Source of the DNA: Cenococcum geophilum
Taxonomy: Eukaryota
Direction of reading: 5' to 3'
NCBI GenBank assembly: GCA_050273025.1
Contig: CP158635.1
Coordinates: 15,376,001 to 15,440,000, forward strand
Length of the DNA: 64,000 nt
Below the pieces are notes generated by a model that did no database searches, was not told the DNA's origin, and saw only the letters and a list, made by a program, of their open reading frames with translations. This document shows positions 21,872 through 36,767 of this stretch, in pieces. How positions within the stretch are numbered: the first letter of the stretch is position 1; each line of letters opens with the position of its first letter. A program made the position numbers and the translations under genes.

Positions 21872-24205
21872 TCAACCAAACCCATGGCCATTAGGGGCGC
21901 TAGGATTAACATTTTCAAGTTCAAAGCTCTGCAAAAGACTCTCCCATTGAGCCCAATTCATCTGGTCAGGCTCTAAGGGCGGTAGGTTGGTTATGTAAGA
22001 GGGATCAAGGTCGTTTCCAAGATCAAGGCTGGAAGAGAAGTCCTCATCCCATTCGAGAGGATCCAGAGCAGGTTGAAATTCCACGGAGGGGATTTCAGAA
22101 GAGACGTCGACATTCAGTGTTGATGCGGATACTGGGACCTGAGCTGATCGTCTACCTCCAATCCTCTGAGAACGTAACACTGAGATGAAGTGAGGTGTTT
22201 CGCTGCCAGGTATCCCGCGACTTGTCACAAAAGCTTCCCATGCTTTGATTGCCAAGTTGCCAACCGCAACCGGCAGAGCACGCTTTGAGTCCGCGATGAA
22301 ATCGGGGTGACGCTCGTAGACCATCTGGACTTGCTGCCAGCCCAGCTCAGCGTCTTCTCCGCTTGTTCGGTAGCGTAGCTCGTTTAGGATATATATGAAC
22401 GCTTTCCATTGGAAGTGCATGTTGACATGCCAAGCGAATCCTTGAGTTCCTTTGATGATGAACGCCATATTCTGGTACGAAATGACCTTCACACAATTAT
22501 CAAACAGCAGGTCTTTCTCCTTTTGAGGCATACTTGCTCCTTTGTCCTCATACTGATCGGGGTTGTGGGCAATAAATCTCATTGTGCAAATGACGGCCCT
22601 GGAGAGGTACGCGGCCATCAAATGGGAAGGTATTGATTCGTCACAATAATTTAGGAACTTGCGTTTCAGGAGGTCTTCGAATTCATCGATGGCCTTATCT
22701 TTATTAGCAATTGGAACACCGGATTGGCTTAATCGACTCCAGGTACCATCATATGCGTTGTTGGGGCTAGAGCGCCGAAGAAAGTCGCCCACATGGCATC
22801 TGATTAAAAAGAACATCATTTCCGTAGGTCCGTCGTGTTCCTTGGGTGGATCTCGCATATCAGGATTCAGTTCGCTATCATTGACATTTAATGGAATTTG
22901 GACATCACCAAGCACAAACATTCTTCCTACACCGGCAAGCTTTTCGGCGTAAGCATCAATTAAATTGATTTGCCACCAGAGTCGTCGTCGCATTTCGGCC
23001 TCAAATACAGACAGACCGAGAGCTGATCCGTCACGGTGAAGACCGGATCTCTGTCCAATTCGAGTAGCGACTCCTGTCAAGACCCAGAGGGATCGCGCAT
23101 CGTAGTCCTTGAGAGAAAGCTGGTGGATTGCATTATCAGTCATGTCCTTAGGCAAAGAAGTCGAGCGAATAAGGTGAACTAGAGTAAAGAACCAGCTATA
23201 TGTCGTTCGCAAAGCTTTGTATATACTGAAGGTGTTTCAGATGTCGACGGGAAAACTTACAAGAAGTAACACCAGGGCCTGAAGGACCATCATGTCAGAG
23301 GACTTAAGAAAGCTTGCGTTAATTAAAGCTTGCTGACAGCCAGAACGAAACCTTCGTAAGACTGTGGATTTTCCTTCACCCATGATGGCATCACACTCTG
23401 CATCACTCAACGATACCAGTACACAACAGTATATTCCAAACATCAGTGCTTCCAAGTTTTTAGGCACATTTTCTAGACTTCCGGTTGCGTTAAGAATGAG
23501 CTGTTGTGTAGTGGGAGTATGAAAGATTTTGACAAGAGGGTTGACATTATCCAAATAGGTTTGCCAGAGCTTGAAGATCTGTACTGGTCGAGGATGAAGG
23601 CAATGAATATCGCTACTGGAACGTGGAGTACCGAACAGAAGATCGCTAGGCTCAGAAGGCATTTCGGGAGTCGATCTATAGTCTCTCTCTGCCTCTCCCT
23701 CATCAGAGGAATCCTGAAGTATTTTATAGTTGTCTCGAAATTCGCTGCTGATACTCGTCCAAAGGTGGTTTTCAAGATACCTTGACTTTCCTTCTTCGGC
23801 AAAGAGCATACCAGAATCCACGCCAGGTATCGTCCCAAAATGTTCTCGAGAGTCTTCTGAACCTTTCCGTTCGAAAGTTCCGGCAGCGGAATGCTCGCCC
23901 ACGTCGGCAGGGTTCACGCCTAGCTTCTTCAGAGCCTCTTCATACAGCCGGAGCTTTGTATTTATGTCCATCTCCGGCCCCCGTCTTTTCCTGCGCCTGG
24001 GTGGCGCAGGTGGTCGGTATATACATTCGACGCGAGATTTGGTACAACTAGAACATCCTCCGGGGTTCTTATCGCATCGGACTTTCCGTTGTGCGCATAG
24101 GACACAGGAGTAGCTTTTTTGGATCTGGGCCGCCGAGCTATTTGGTGCTGAGGGCGACGGTGCAGCGCCAGGCAAGATTGTTGGCGAGAGTTCGGAGGCA
24201 GCCAT
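21872..24205 (-). CDS. Zn(II)2Cys6 fungal transcription factor with middle homology region; exons 24205-23261 and 23119-21872
   Basis: SCVLCAQRKVRCDKNPGGCSSCTKSRVECIY binuclear cluster. GLHRDG..LGLSVFEAEMRRRLWW is the Fungal_trans motif. GTAAGT..CAG intron. Confidence 0.95.
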
Positions 24206-25089
24206 TGCCTGGATCTCTTCGTGAAGCGCTTCTTTCGTGGAGGGAGGTCAATAGAGCGCGAAATAGAGGATTTATGGATCTAGTTTGAGTCAGATGGTAG
24301 GTAGCCACGTTCAATGCAAGGGATCAATAGTAGATTAGCATGAACATCCTGGGTATCGGACAGGGATGAGTAAGCTATACAAAATAAAAGGGATAGGGCC
24401 ATCACAGATCCGCATCTTGCTCCTTTCTTGGGCTGCTCTATCTTCAGGATTGTAATAATATCCTCGATCGTTATTTGGAATCGCTAATGCACAAGATTGA
24501 TATCTTTGCAGGATGGGTTGCTTTACTCATCCCCACAGGTGGCTGACAACAAAACGTTGAGCGACCCCGCTGTGGCACTGCACAAGTTCGCCTGTATTTC
24601 TCTGCCACCCCTCTCGCTGGTAACGGCATGAAATTTTAAGTACGACCCTAAAGTGAGACACTCCCTAAAGAGTATTTGAAATATCCAAACTATTGAGAAT
24701 TGATGCAGGTACTCGATTTGTATTTTGGCTATTCATCGCTGCAGGACTAGCTCTTTCATAATTCCACGCTCTCGCACCGAAAATCTCAAACCGAATAACT
24801 GGCAGTATTTACTAATACATACCTTCGTGTATTTTTGTTGCTTAGCGGGCGAGTTAGGAAATCATAGCGTTCCAAGTAAAATGAAGTTCACTTCGCAACT
24901 TTATTCTTACATTCAAATCTTCCGCACGAAAAATCAGAGCGTAATGAATCTATTAAATTAGCTCGAAATAAGATCCGACGAACTGCCCTGCCAACAAAGA
25001 TATATGAAGCCTCTTTCAAACCCCACTCTTCAGCGTCTTCGGCTACAACTCAAACCTCCCAAATCACAGCAAACATCTATGCTGCAAAA

Positions 25090-25523
25090 ATGAAATTCCT
25101 CAGCTTAATTCTTGTCCTCAACCCCCGTTCTGGCCGGCGTCTTACCTTCCCGGCTCCTGGTCGCCATGTCTATACATCGCCGGGACGAAACTCGTAAAAT
25201 TCACCATCACGGCGGACCTTGCGACTAAGAAACAGCGCGCAACGGCGTCTGTGTAACTAAAGGAGAATGTAACGAAGCAGGCGGGAGGTTATTGGAAGGA
25301 AATTTGTGCTGTGGGACTGAAGACGATGCTCATGGTTGTGCTATCCGTAACTGCTCCGGAGTTGGATCATATTGCGATTGGTGGCGTCCGACTTCAATCA
25401 GTATTGGCCATTTCCATAGTAAGCCCCCGGTGATAAACATCATAGATTGAAGTCAATAAGAGATGCTAATGAGTGATTTTAGGCAAATTTCCTACATACA
25501 ACGATTACAGGTGTTGTATTTGA
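25090..25523 (+). pseudogene. Small secreted cysteine-rich protein, disrupted
   Basis: Signal-like MKFLSLILVL/TPVLAGVLP needs one frameshift. It continues GPCD*ETARNGVCVTKGECNEAGG..LCC..GCAIRNCSG..YCDW, then a GTAAGC..TAG intron, and ends YRCCI*. Confidence 0.6.
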
Positions 25524-25831
25524 AGCAAAACTACGCAGAGAAGAGGAAATAGCGGACAATGTCATTAAATTCTATTTACTCTGGCAGCACAGCCTTGGTA
25601 ATGATCTGACATGCAATTCTGTAATTTGAGAGTTTAATTCGATATAATCGTTGCAAAACATGGGGATCTTTATATATTCATCCGATTGTTGTCTAGCTGA
25701 AGCACTGCCCTCGCTGGTTGCGCCATTGATATCCTATGTATGATTCCGAAGAGGTAACCTCTGCCTAGAACGTGCAACATTGCCAATACTTTCTCCTAAC
25801 CATAGCCTACTTCCGCAAAGAGAGCGCCCTA

Positions 25832-27382
25832 CTATCCCCCTAAAGCCGCCGAGACAATCCCCACACCCAACTCAAACCCAAACCCCTCCGCCTCGCCTGT
25901 AAAATCTTTCCGGTACCAATACACCAGCTTCCCCATCTCAGTTTTTCGCGCCTGCTCCACCGTCTTCTTCACCACCTTTGAATCATTCCGCGTCTCCGCC
26001 CGCAACACCTCCCACTGCGCATCCTTCATCATCTGCAGCATCGCCATCACCATGGCATGATCCACATCCTGCACGCGGATCGTCAGCGCCTCCGCATTCT
26101 CAACCAGGTCACCATTCCAAGGCGCGTCGTCCGCGACAAGCTGCAAACCAGCGCCAGCAACACGGAAAAGGGCGTAGCACTGAAAATCGTAGCGGTAACC
26201 GCCAACAGTGCTGACGGGATGGTTGGAACGCCACTCGTAGCGCTGGCCGTCCGAGAGCGTGAACGTGAGCTTGTCCACGGACGCGCCGCCGCCGTTGCCG
26301 TGCGTGAACTTGGCCGCGACCGCCTTGCCGTCTGGCCCGTAGAGCGCCTCGGGCTTCACGGGCCCGACCTCGGTGTCCGTTTTTGCGGCTGTAGCTCCAT
26401 AGTTCTGCGCTGTCGGATTTGCGGGCCAACGTCCATTCGTATTTCTGCTGCCGTATGTGCCCTCCGTGCTTCTCTGCCCGGAGTGAGAATGCGACGCTCT
26501 TTGGATCCCTCGTTGCCCGTGACCGCCGGGGGGTGACGTGGTATTCTAGGTCGCGAGGGTCGTCAAGCCAATCCTTAGCTTCGAGGAATTTGGATCCGAC
26601 TTCAATGTAGTGGATCTTTACCGCTGGGGGGAGTGGCGGAAGAAAGATTCTGCAAGCTTAGCTGCACTGAGAACGTGGGGGAGTATGGTTATAGGTACTA
26701 TGCGGACGGTGTAGAGTGTTCCATCATCAATGGAACCGGGTTCGGAGCATAGGGCGAGCCATGCTCTCCTGGCTGGTAGCATTTACGTGATGGGGCAACG
26801 CGCCGGAAGATGTGGCGATATATCTTGCTGTGTATTGAGGATTAGGGGGATACAAAGTTTGCTCGCCATATGGGATTGGGCCAGATGTAACGTGCTGCGG
26901 GTAGGGAAGGACCTGTGAATCTGGCGGATATTGAGGAGTAACGTCAGCTGGTGAAGTACTCCAATTCTGCTGCTGGGGTAATGCGTTTGGCTGTTAGTAT
27001 CCGGTAGGTTGTTGAGAAGGACATGCACCGGACTGCTGTGGATGTTCGAGTGGCTGTTGGAGAGGATATCCATTCCATTGCTGTAGAGGGCATCCATTCG
27101 AGGGAGGGTACTCACTTCAGTTGCTGTGAATATCCGTTATGCTGCTGTGGAGGAGCTCCATTCACCGAGTAGTTGTAGGGCTGATACTAATATAGCGATG
27201 CCATTGCATGTAGTCCTTAAACACTTGACTTGCTCGAATACAACACTTAAGAATCATTCATCGCCGGGCCAAACCCCCAATTTCTCCGTCGGGTTAGGAA
27301 CCGACAGCTTCATTTGAAATACTAAAATGAGTGTGGCGGCGCCGTGTAACTAGGAAATCACTTACCTTGGTCCTGCTGGCAT
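25832..27382 (-). CDS. Hypothetical multi-exon protein (possibly degenerate)
   Basis: GC-rich coding-like ORF 25832-26359, an intron-like GTACC..GCTAAG..CAG segment at ~26696-26650 and a GTAAG donor at 27365. The 5' structure is uncertain and I recognise no domain. Confidence 0.4.
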
Positions 27383-27728
27383 TAGCACTACTGATATCCG
27401 AGACCTGACTAACTAGAATCTTGGTTCAGCCGTGATCTTCCTGGAAATTCTCCGTTCGCACGCCCGCTGCATGTCATCCCGTTCAGCTCTGATGAAGATG
27501 CAGCTGAAAACAATGCAATTCTAGGACATACATCTCCTACTATTCAATACCTAAGCGTAATCCATCGCACTATCATATCCTCTCTATCCCATTCAGGAGT
27601 CTTGTTTTGAACATGGAATTTTAAACCGTTAAGTGGTATGTCTATAAGCCCAGTCCCCAACCGCTACGCTTAGATGCACAGCATTCACACACAGCGCCGC
27701 CCAGCGCATCATTGTATTCCTTCATTCC

Positions 27729-30700
27729 TTATCCTGAACCACCATGTCTCTGTACACAGTCCCACTCGTGCTACTCATACGTTACAAGTTAGCATCCATG
27801 CTTATAAATGTAACAACAAGCGCGCCTATTCAGCTAAATAATGAACCCTTGGGGTAACGCATCGCTTCCACTATTATAGCGTAAAAACAAGGGAGTGGAA
27901 GAATCGAAACTTACCACTTTGCCATCATCATCGCCCGTATACACTACCTGAGCCATTGGCAGGATGCATGTAATGGACGCCGAGAAATTGGCACCATCCT
28001 CACGAGAGGTATCGACATGGTTTAGCCGCTTGACTAGATCTACAGACCACTTGCCCGAGTGATTGAGCGAGAGGTTCCAAATCTGCGCGATCATTAGTAC
28101 CTACTCCAAGGCATAGGGTACGAAAGAACGAGGGAACCATGAACATAGAGATTGTTTGGGGAACATACATTGACGACACCTCTTCGATGGCCGGTGAAAA
28201 GGAGTTCGCGGTCCAGCCACTCATTCCCGACCCCCTCGTAGAAGGCGCAGGAGCTGATAATATCATCTGGATCATCTGTGTCACATATCTCTTGGTCAAG
28301 CAACAAGTGCCCATTGAGCGTGAACAGCAGCAGTCGCGACCCGCAGCATAACATGATATGACCGGTGATGTTATTGATACGAGCGCACCGAACAAATGCG
28401 GGGATTGGCCTTCTCACATCCAAATCAAGCTCTCGTACAAACTCTGAACGGTTCAGATCCCACAAAAAGACCTTCCCATCTTCACTGGCAGACAAGAAAG
28501 CTGAAAACGCGCGAGAGGAAGCAAGCGTAGTGACTGGACGCTTGTGTCCGAACAAGCATATGACAGGTTGCAAGTCAATGGTTTTGGGCCCTGGGACAAC
28601 TGTCCATATTGCAACTGCACAATCCGTTCCTGCTGTGATTAATGTTTTCCCGTCGACGAATAAAGAAGTGGTTAGTTGTCCTTGATGCATATGCTCAAAC
28701 AATCCGAGTAGTTTCTTGGAATCGGCTGAGTAGAAGCGTACACTTCCATCAGTGAAGCCCCATTCCATATACCGATCATATTGCGGGGGAATGTTATGAC
28801 GGAAGGCGGCGGAGCAGAGAAGGCGGTCTTGCTTGGATGAATATAAGAGCGAAGAAACACGTTCGTGAGATTCTGTAATTAAAGTTAATATACAGCATCC
28901 GTGAGGAAGTCGATGCTCTTACCAAGCAAAGGAAAGGGAAGACGTGTGAGGGACTCTGCGGCATTGTCAAGGCGTTTGAAGCGCTGAGTGGAGTCCTCCC
29001 GCTGAATGTGTGCTCGTTGGAAGACTTGAAGAGGCGTCTGACCAAAGTTGTGGATAATGCCAATTGTAGCGAGGCGCTCAACGGGGTCTTCGATGTTATC
29101 AAGGTCTTTTGCCCCATGGTACGAGAGGTGATGGAATACATTGGTTGCTTCGACGGCAGCCTCACCTCGCTGCTTGAACCCGAAGACGAGGTCGATCCAA
29201 CGATGTAGATTTTTGCTTACATATGGGCTTTCAAGAGCTTCGCGGTGCTTCGCTATGAAAAGCTCCGGATCACCTTTGGCCCAGGGAGGAAGTATGACGT
29301 TGTCGATTTTTTCTCCCGTACCTTGTTTGAGACCAAAATTGTAGTCGTTTAGGTTAGTCAGAAACTCAGGAAGGTAAAAGAACTCCGGTGTGAGTTCTCG
29401 GACATCGGTCATATTGTCTCGTGAGGCAGAGAGCCAGGCCCGCTCGATGGAATAGAACAGTCTGTCAGCATGGTCAAAGCTCCCACCTTGGAGTAGTAGA
29501 TACGACTGCACAAATGGCTGCAACCGAATGAGATACGAGGTTACAATCATAGCAGACGAGTAATGCGTGCCATAGTGGAATGGTGGGGCGTTGTGATCGC
29601 CCATCTCGGCAAATGACTGATAACGTTCACGGAATTCAGATTCTCTTGACGATGTTTGACATCCCATCGGTCTTGAGAAGTCTCGGAAAGTTCGTGGGTC
29701 TGTTAAATCCAACTCTTCACTTGTGTAGTCTGCTAATACCCATGGGAAAACTGGATATTGTGTCAGATCGTTAAAAGTTCTGCCGGCAAGGGTATTAACA
29801 AGCATTAAGTAGTGGAAGTTGGAAATCTCTCCTTTCATCCATTTCTTGGTAGCCGGATTAGAGGTAGCAGGAGCGAAGACGTTGGCAAATTTAGAGCCAA
29901 ATGTCTGCGGCGCTTCCTCTGGGTTCCGTAAGGACTCAAGGCGCCATGAATTCTCTGGATGCGCCAGAGAGTCTGGCTTGCTGACGTGCGGAGCTCGCGC
30001 AATAAGCCTTGAGAAAAGGTCGTTCCGTGTCGTAGAAGAGATTGCAGTGAGAAGATAGCTTCGACCGTCTTCGAAGAAGATCTCAATAGCGACATCACGG
30101 AAAAGGAACCGGCGCTTGGAGATACTGATGACTTCAGCCCATTTCCAGTGCCTTGCGGACTGCTCCTGATCTTTGAGTAGCGGCTTTCGACTGGATGTTT
30201 GCCGCCCTGAAATCATCTGTAGGTATGCATCTCGCTCATCCGGTGGAGCCTGCCAAACTCGTACGATTTCTCCATCTGATCGCTGGAAAAAGTCATCAAG
30301 GAGGTATAGCCAGTCTTTGCCAAGAATGAGAAGCCCTTCACATGCTTCCAAGCCTACGATACGGGAAACATTGCAGACATGTTGGACTTGATCACCACGT
30401 TGTAAACTCCGCATGACTTTCCGATTCTTATCCTCGAAGCCATCCTCGTCTTCTTTGGGGTCTTCCACCATTTCAAAGTCTTCTTCAAGGGCTGACTCTG
30501 AGGATTGGCTATTCGAGCGCTGGCGACCAGCCTCCAGAATCGAGGTTCTGTTCGGATCGGAGGTCTCTGACGGAGTAACACCAACAACCTCCTGAGATGA
30601 AATTCTGGGCGCATTGGTTTCTAGTCGAAGCCTGTTCTTCGCTATCATGTCGGAATCCTTGCGTTTTGGCTGGTAGTCATCTTGGCGAGGAGTGTCATCC

Positions 30701-33700
30701 GGTATAATCCTCATGCGCATCCGATTACGGCCTTCTGTCTCGTCCAAACGCCACTTCAACTGCGTGTCGCCTTCGAATAATCCACAAGGTCTCCGCAGGG
30801 CTCTATCAAGCTGCACGATTGTAGATGATATGAATGAAAGGTTATCTTGCTGATCTTGCAAAGCACGTTGGTGTTTGAGACGCTCCGAAGCATGCACATT
30901 AGCTCTCCAATGCGTAGTCTGAACCTCGTGTCTCTGCCAGGTAGCATCGCTTATGGATTCTTCACTCTGCCACTGTTTTAACTTCTCCTTGCGTCTTGCG
31001 GCTCTGTTCTTTAGGGTCTCCTCGGTCTTGCGATTCTGGTCCACCACAAATTCCTCCCAGGTTCTGGACATGGCTCCAAAAAAGAACGCGTTCAAGTCGG
31101 CTTGGTATTTGTCGATCCAGGTGAGAAAAGTTTCGTTGTCTAGTTCCATCAATTTGTGAAAGCCTCTTGATAGGTATTTTTGATTCACGTTGATAGCATG
31201 GTTAAGGATTGCGGACGTGTCATCAGGTTTTTGAACGAGCAATAACCGCCAAAAGTTGGCTGCTGATAATCGTACTGGCTGATCGTTGCTGACTAATTTG
31301 GTATAGAGAAGGTAGCAAATCAGTTTCAGGAAGAGACCTTCGTTGTTTTCGGATGACAGTATGATTGTCTGCCAATATATCATCTTGTCGATGAACGCGA
31401 CGGTTTCTGATCCTTGTTCAGATGTGTCTAACTCTGAGAGCTGTAACAGCGCTACTCGAAGAAAAACGGATCGAATAGTAGCAGTGGCCTGAGTGCAGAG
31501 GCGCACGCTCTTTATTTGAGCAATATCCGGACGTTGTAAGTATTCAAGTAGTGTACCTGTGAAGTCCAGAAATGGCTCAGCTCCATTCAAGAACCACCCT
31601 TCAAAGACTGCTTCTGCGAGATGCGTGACATATCGGGCGAGATTGGTGAGAACTCTTGGTTCATGGAGGAGCTTCTGGTTGAGTTGGATAGTGTTCGAAA
31701 CCGTGGACATGGCGTGGCGGAGAATATATGATTCGAAATATGCTTGATGCTCTTGAAATCCAGGTGGAGTTTTTAGAAATAGACCAAGCCCAGGGAAATC
31801 TTTCCGTTGAAACAGCTGATCTATAAACACACCAATCACAACTTCGAGGAGTCCTTCAACCACAGTACTACCAATTTTCAAAGCCACCGGCGCACCATTC
31901 CTTGGTGATATTATAGGATTCAAGGGAGGGGTGGGTTTTGAGTTGTCGAATTTCTCTGCGGAAATAAGAATAAAAGTCGACCCGCGTCGCAGGGGTATCG
32001 CCTGTTGTGTTGCTAGACTTGGTGGTGATTCCATGGTTGTCTTGCGAACGATTGGAGCTTGCTGATTTGCTGATTTACTGAGAGGCTGGATAACCACATC
32101 TTGGCCTTCAAACGTTAAAGCAGAGCCTCTAGACAGTAGCTCTGTCTCTGCGCTAACACTATCAGAGGTGACGATAACCGGATAGAGAACAAATAATAAC
32201 TCTTGCACATAATTAGAAGAATTTGCGTAGTCCCGAAAAGCTTGAGATCTCGCATGCACATCGGTAAGGAATTGAATAGCTACATTAAGCACTGCGGCAT
32301 AGTTGTCGAGTCGATCAGCTTGTGGATTTTGGGAATCTAGAAGAATTAGCAAAATCAAACCGCGATGAAAATTGATGACCGACCTGAGAAAAACTGCTTA
32401 GCACTTAAAGACATAGTTCGTTGCCTGCCGCGGATTGTAGGAGTTAAATCGGATGATGGTGGTTCATTGAATTCCATTTGCTGTGGCTCGTTGAGGGATG
32501 CCGCACTGGCCTGATCCTTCACAATTGCACGCAACCCTGTTTCAAGCATTGCAGTGATAACTGGAAAGACTTCCGGATAAACCACTTTAACTCTGGGATT
32601 ATTGGTGAAAAGGTCTGTAAGATTAAAGAGATCGAAGTCACGTTCAAAGTCGATACTGGCAGCGTCACGGTCGAAGAGAATTGCGAAGCAAATTGTCCAT
32701 ATCCCTGGAGTGTTCCACCAAGATTTAAGTCTGTGTTTCATTATCGTGAAGCCGCCGCTTTTTTCTGCAAATTTTTTCACGTAGCTTGGCCCGTTGACGA
32801 CAAGTAGACGAGCAAGTATCTTTGCACCCAGGACTACCACACGAGGATCGGTTTCAGCAAGTAAATAAAGAAGCCACTAGTAATTAAGTCAGCAAAAACT
32901 AACACACAATCAAGTAAGTAACTCGTACTTTGCTCGTCACATTTTTGGCAAATCGCTGAATGTCGGTGATATTAGCTTCATCACACAACAGTTCCGCCAG
33001 CATATTGAGAATTGCCACACCCAAATCTGCAAGTGAGAGACCAGGTGCTATGTTGGGATCAATGATGGGGCTTGCCGAACGCGGCGTCGAGCCGGGAGTT
33101 GTAGATAGAGGAGCAGCTCTGCTTCGGAGCCGCATGACGCTACTCTTCGAACGTAGTGTTCGCTTTGCGAAGGTACGACTATCATGAAGTGCATACGTGA
33201 CAAATAGAGCCAAAAACCGCGCCGTTTCTCCCGACATATTGCACCGCACAAGGACTTTGAAAGCTTCAAGAAAGTACGGAAATACATCTGCAGAGAATGA
33301 CTCTCCCTTCAATGCATCCATAAGCCGCTTGACAACCCCTATAGGAATGTTAGTCCGCCTACAAGAGAATGACTCGCTCACTCACGCATTCTAATCAGTC
33401 GCTTTGCGTTGTAGTGGTGATGTTTGCTGCCCCGAGCAAAATTGACGAATTGACCGTAGTATAGTTTCTGTGTCTCCACAGACAATGTCCTCCTCCATAT
33501 TTCAAGATCGACGAGAAGGACTCTGTACGCTAATGGATTAATGATGAGAGACTCTGTTGGATTTTCTTCATCATATCCGATGAAACGCAAAATAACTCTG
33601 AGCAAGCTAAACACGAAAGACTCGCGCTCATCGGTCGTCATGTTAATCTCAGAATACTTTTGTCCAGCAGAAGCAATTGCTGAGCCAAGGCCCAATTTTT

Positions 33701-36068
33701 GACGGAGAATCTCACCAAGAACAGCGAAGCCATTTTTACTTTCGATAGCCTCACAATTACGCCAATTACCCTCGACAGCCTCGAGAAGGATCTTAACCGC
33801 TCGCACAACTGCATCCGGAGTTTGGGCTAGTTGAACTAGCTTCAGACCGACTGCGGTACAGCCTCCTACCCTCCACATTGCATCATCAAGTGCTTGAGGG
33901 ACAGCTACGACTGGATTTCCGGCGAGGAGCCCCACACCCCGAGACTGTGTCAAAGCGTCGTTGATGGAAGGAACCGCAGCGTTAATTATGATTGGAGTGC
34001 CGCGCATTCGCGTGCGTCGATGAAGATTCTTTGCTGCCTCTCGAGAGAGTGATTTGATTAACTGCGACTCATCGACATTGTTTCGATCATCGTCATCCAT
34101 GACAGATGTGGGTGACAGACTTATGAGGATGCGCGATTCTGGCATAATATTCCCAGCATTCAAACGAATTGCTGTGACAATATCAGACTGCTCTTCTTTT
34201 CCAGGGTGTAAGATTTCATTTTGCACATGTAGCTCGGCCGATGCACGGTACGTTTGGAAGGATCCAAGACGATCCTGGTAATTACCACTGTATCGAGGAC
34301 CAAGTTTATGATGGACCGCGATCATCTCATCTGATAGAGGCTCCTGGAAGAGGTGGAATGAGGCTACAGACAGTCTTGAACTGAGCACATTTCGTCCTAA
34401 GTGAGGAGCTAGGTCCTGTGGTGTACCAAGAAAAGCAAGGATGGGTGCGTGCTTTTGCCCGCCAGGTGATAGAGAAGTGAAGCTTTCAGTGTTTCCGTTG
34501 AGTGGGGGCGGACTGGCCGGATACTGGCATTTCATAGCCTCTGTGAATTCTCCATTGACGTAAAGTGAAGCCCGGCTAGAACCCATACCCATGGACTTGG
34601 CGCTCGGACGTCTGTGGACGACAGCAATGTGATACCAAGTACCTTCATCAAAGACAGTAGCCTTTTTGAATCTGATGCTGGGTTTGGAGGATGCCATGGA
34701 GGTCTGAAGGATAAAGCGACGCGTATCTTTTTCGAGATACGCCATGACGAAGCAAGTTTGGCTGGGGTCGTAAGCCCCAAATATCGTCGTGTGGCAATTG
34801 GGATCGTATTTATCTACTCGTATCCAAGCAGTCATTGTGTAACCTCCACTCGATGATGAAGGGGGGAAGGGTCGGCCAAGGTCGGCCAGCTCAATGGAAC
34901 TGTATCCTTGCAAAGAGAGATCGAACTGTATGAAAGGCGGCTCCCGAGACACTCTCATGCCGTGGAGGAGAAACTCTGCTGCCTCCTCTGAATATGAAGC
35001 TTGACGAAAAAGGTAATAAGCATCTTCTAACTGATTGACACCAAAACCGATTAGACTTCCCGCAAGTTCTCGTAATAAACTAGCTTCAACAACAGAACGA
35101 TTCTTTCCGAAGAGTGCCGGAAGAATGATACTCAATACTCCGGTAACATGGACAGCAGCTTTATTGCAAGTAGATATAGCCATGATCTCTTGAATGACTA
35201 GGAGAATAGAAATCGATAGGTGTTGGGGTCTAGAACCAGGGATATCCTCTCCAGATAGCATGAGCCAGAAATTAAGGATGATAGTAATCATGTCCGGATT
35301 CTGCAGCAATTCGTTACCGCTAAAAATCCCTCGTAGATGACTCCGAAGGGTTGCGATGGTGAGCTCGCCCTCCTCGCCACCGTCTATCCCGCTATCTGGA
35401 TAGATGACCACATAGCTTGAAGTTTGAGAATCAATGCCACTCAATGGCTCGTCTTGACCTTCTTTCCTCTGGGAATCGCCAACATTATCGATGTCACGAA
35501 AGATGCGGGTCATCGCTTCTTCACCCAGCGCAAATGCGAAGAGGCAGCCAAACAGCTGCTCCTGGCCAGTATCGTCACGGCGGCTCTTCGACTGACTACC
35601 TCCAAGACCCGTGCTTCCAAGAGCTTGTTCGAGTGCATTCCACCCTCCACCCTCCACCCTCTTTGCAAAATATCTCCGATTCCCCGGATGTTCATTAAGA
35701 GCTTCTGAGAGCACATCCAAGGTCGCCTTGAGGACCTCAAAGAAATCGCTCCGGTCATCAGCCGACAATTTTGAGGGATTGTAGAAGCCGGACACCGAGC
35801 GTATTGTCGCGAGCAGAACCGTGAAGCCTTGCACATGGCGAAATGCGTCTTTAGCTTGCGTAGGGTCGGGGGAGTCGATTAGCAATTGGCGAATGCGGCG
35901 TAAGGTGTTGCTCTGGGCTTGGAGATTGTCAGCGGAGGGCGTTTGCCTGTCGGAGGCATTTGTGAGGTCGTCCACAAGGGCGCGCAGCTCTGCAGTGGCT
36001 TGACTATTCAGGGGATTTGTCCTCGAGGCAGCAGTCGAAGACCTGTACCGGCGCGCCTGGCCATCCAT
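27729..36068 (-). CDS. BPH1: Beige/BEACH domain protein (ConA-like, PH, BEACH, WD40), multi-exon
   Basis: BEACH signature KWMKGEISNFHYLMLVNTLAGRTFNDLTQYPVFPWVLADY..YGTHYSSA..DVRELTPEFFYLPEF..NFGQTP, plus WD40 repeats in ORF 28094-28768. The long ORFs join through short GT-AG introns and the last exon ends EWDCVQRHGGSG*. Confidence 0.96.
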
Positions 36069-36767
36069 ATTCAGGTAGTGCCTCCGCCGCTGAGGTAGTT
36101 TTGAAGGGGAAATCTAGGGCGAAGCAAAAGATAGTGCATGTCTCTCAGCACGGTGAATTCGGGAAATGAGAGACGGTTGTGCCTGTAGCACAGTGCTGGT
36201 GTGAAGCAAGCCCAGCACTCGGATTATGGCGGCTGCACGCGAAGTGGGAGATGGTGTTGCTAACTGACGCAACTAGAGCTTGGACGCCGAATCTGATGAA
36301 AGTCGCAGGTACGGTCTCCTCTCTCAGCAGCCAAAGCAGCAAAAATATGCCGGAGCTCTCCCAATACGCCTGTTGTATCCCTATCCTAGCGTCCAGGCAC
36401 GCGTAAATGGCGAGTGACGATGGCCCAAAGACACGGCTCACGAGGCAGCACTCGACCTGGGGTCGCTTGCATTGTCCAACAAAGACACACTATGCCCGAA
36501 GCAGCAGAGACGCCAGCCTCACCTTTACTCAGCCTCCAGGCCGATCCTCCGACTCGTGCAAGCCCCGACTCTGGCCGCGCCTTGATAAGAGCTCCCCATC
36601 ACCATAGCTACCACTTGCTCCATCATCCATCATCCTCATCCTCTCCTCCATCCTTCCTCCTTCCTCCCCCATCACCATCTCTTCAACGCTGTTTTACTCC
36701 ATTCCCGCTTTTATTCTCATCGTCTTGTTTCCTTTGTAGCAAAGCCTGAGGGAGTTTACCCGCCACC

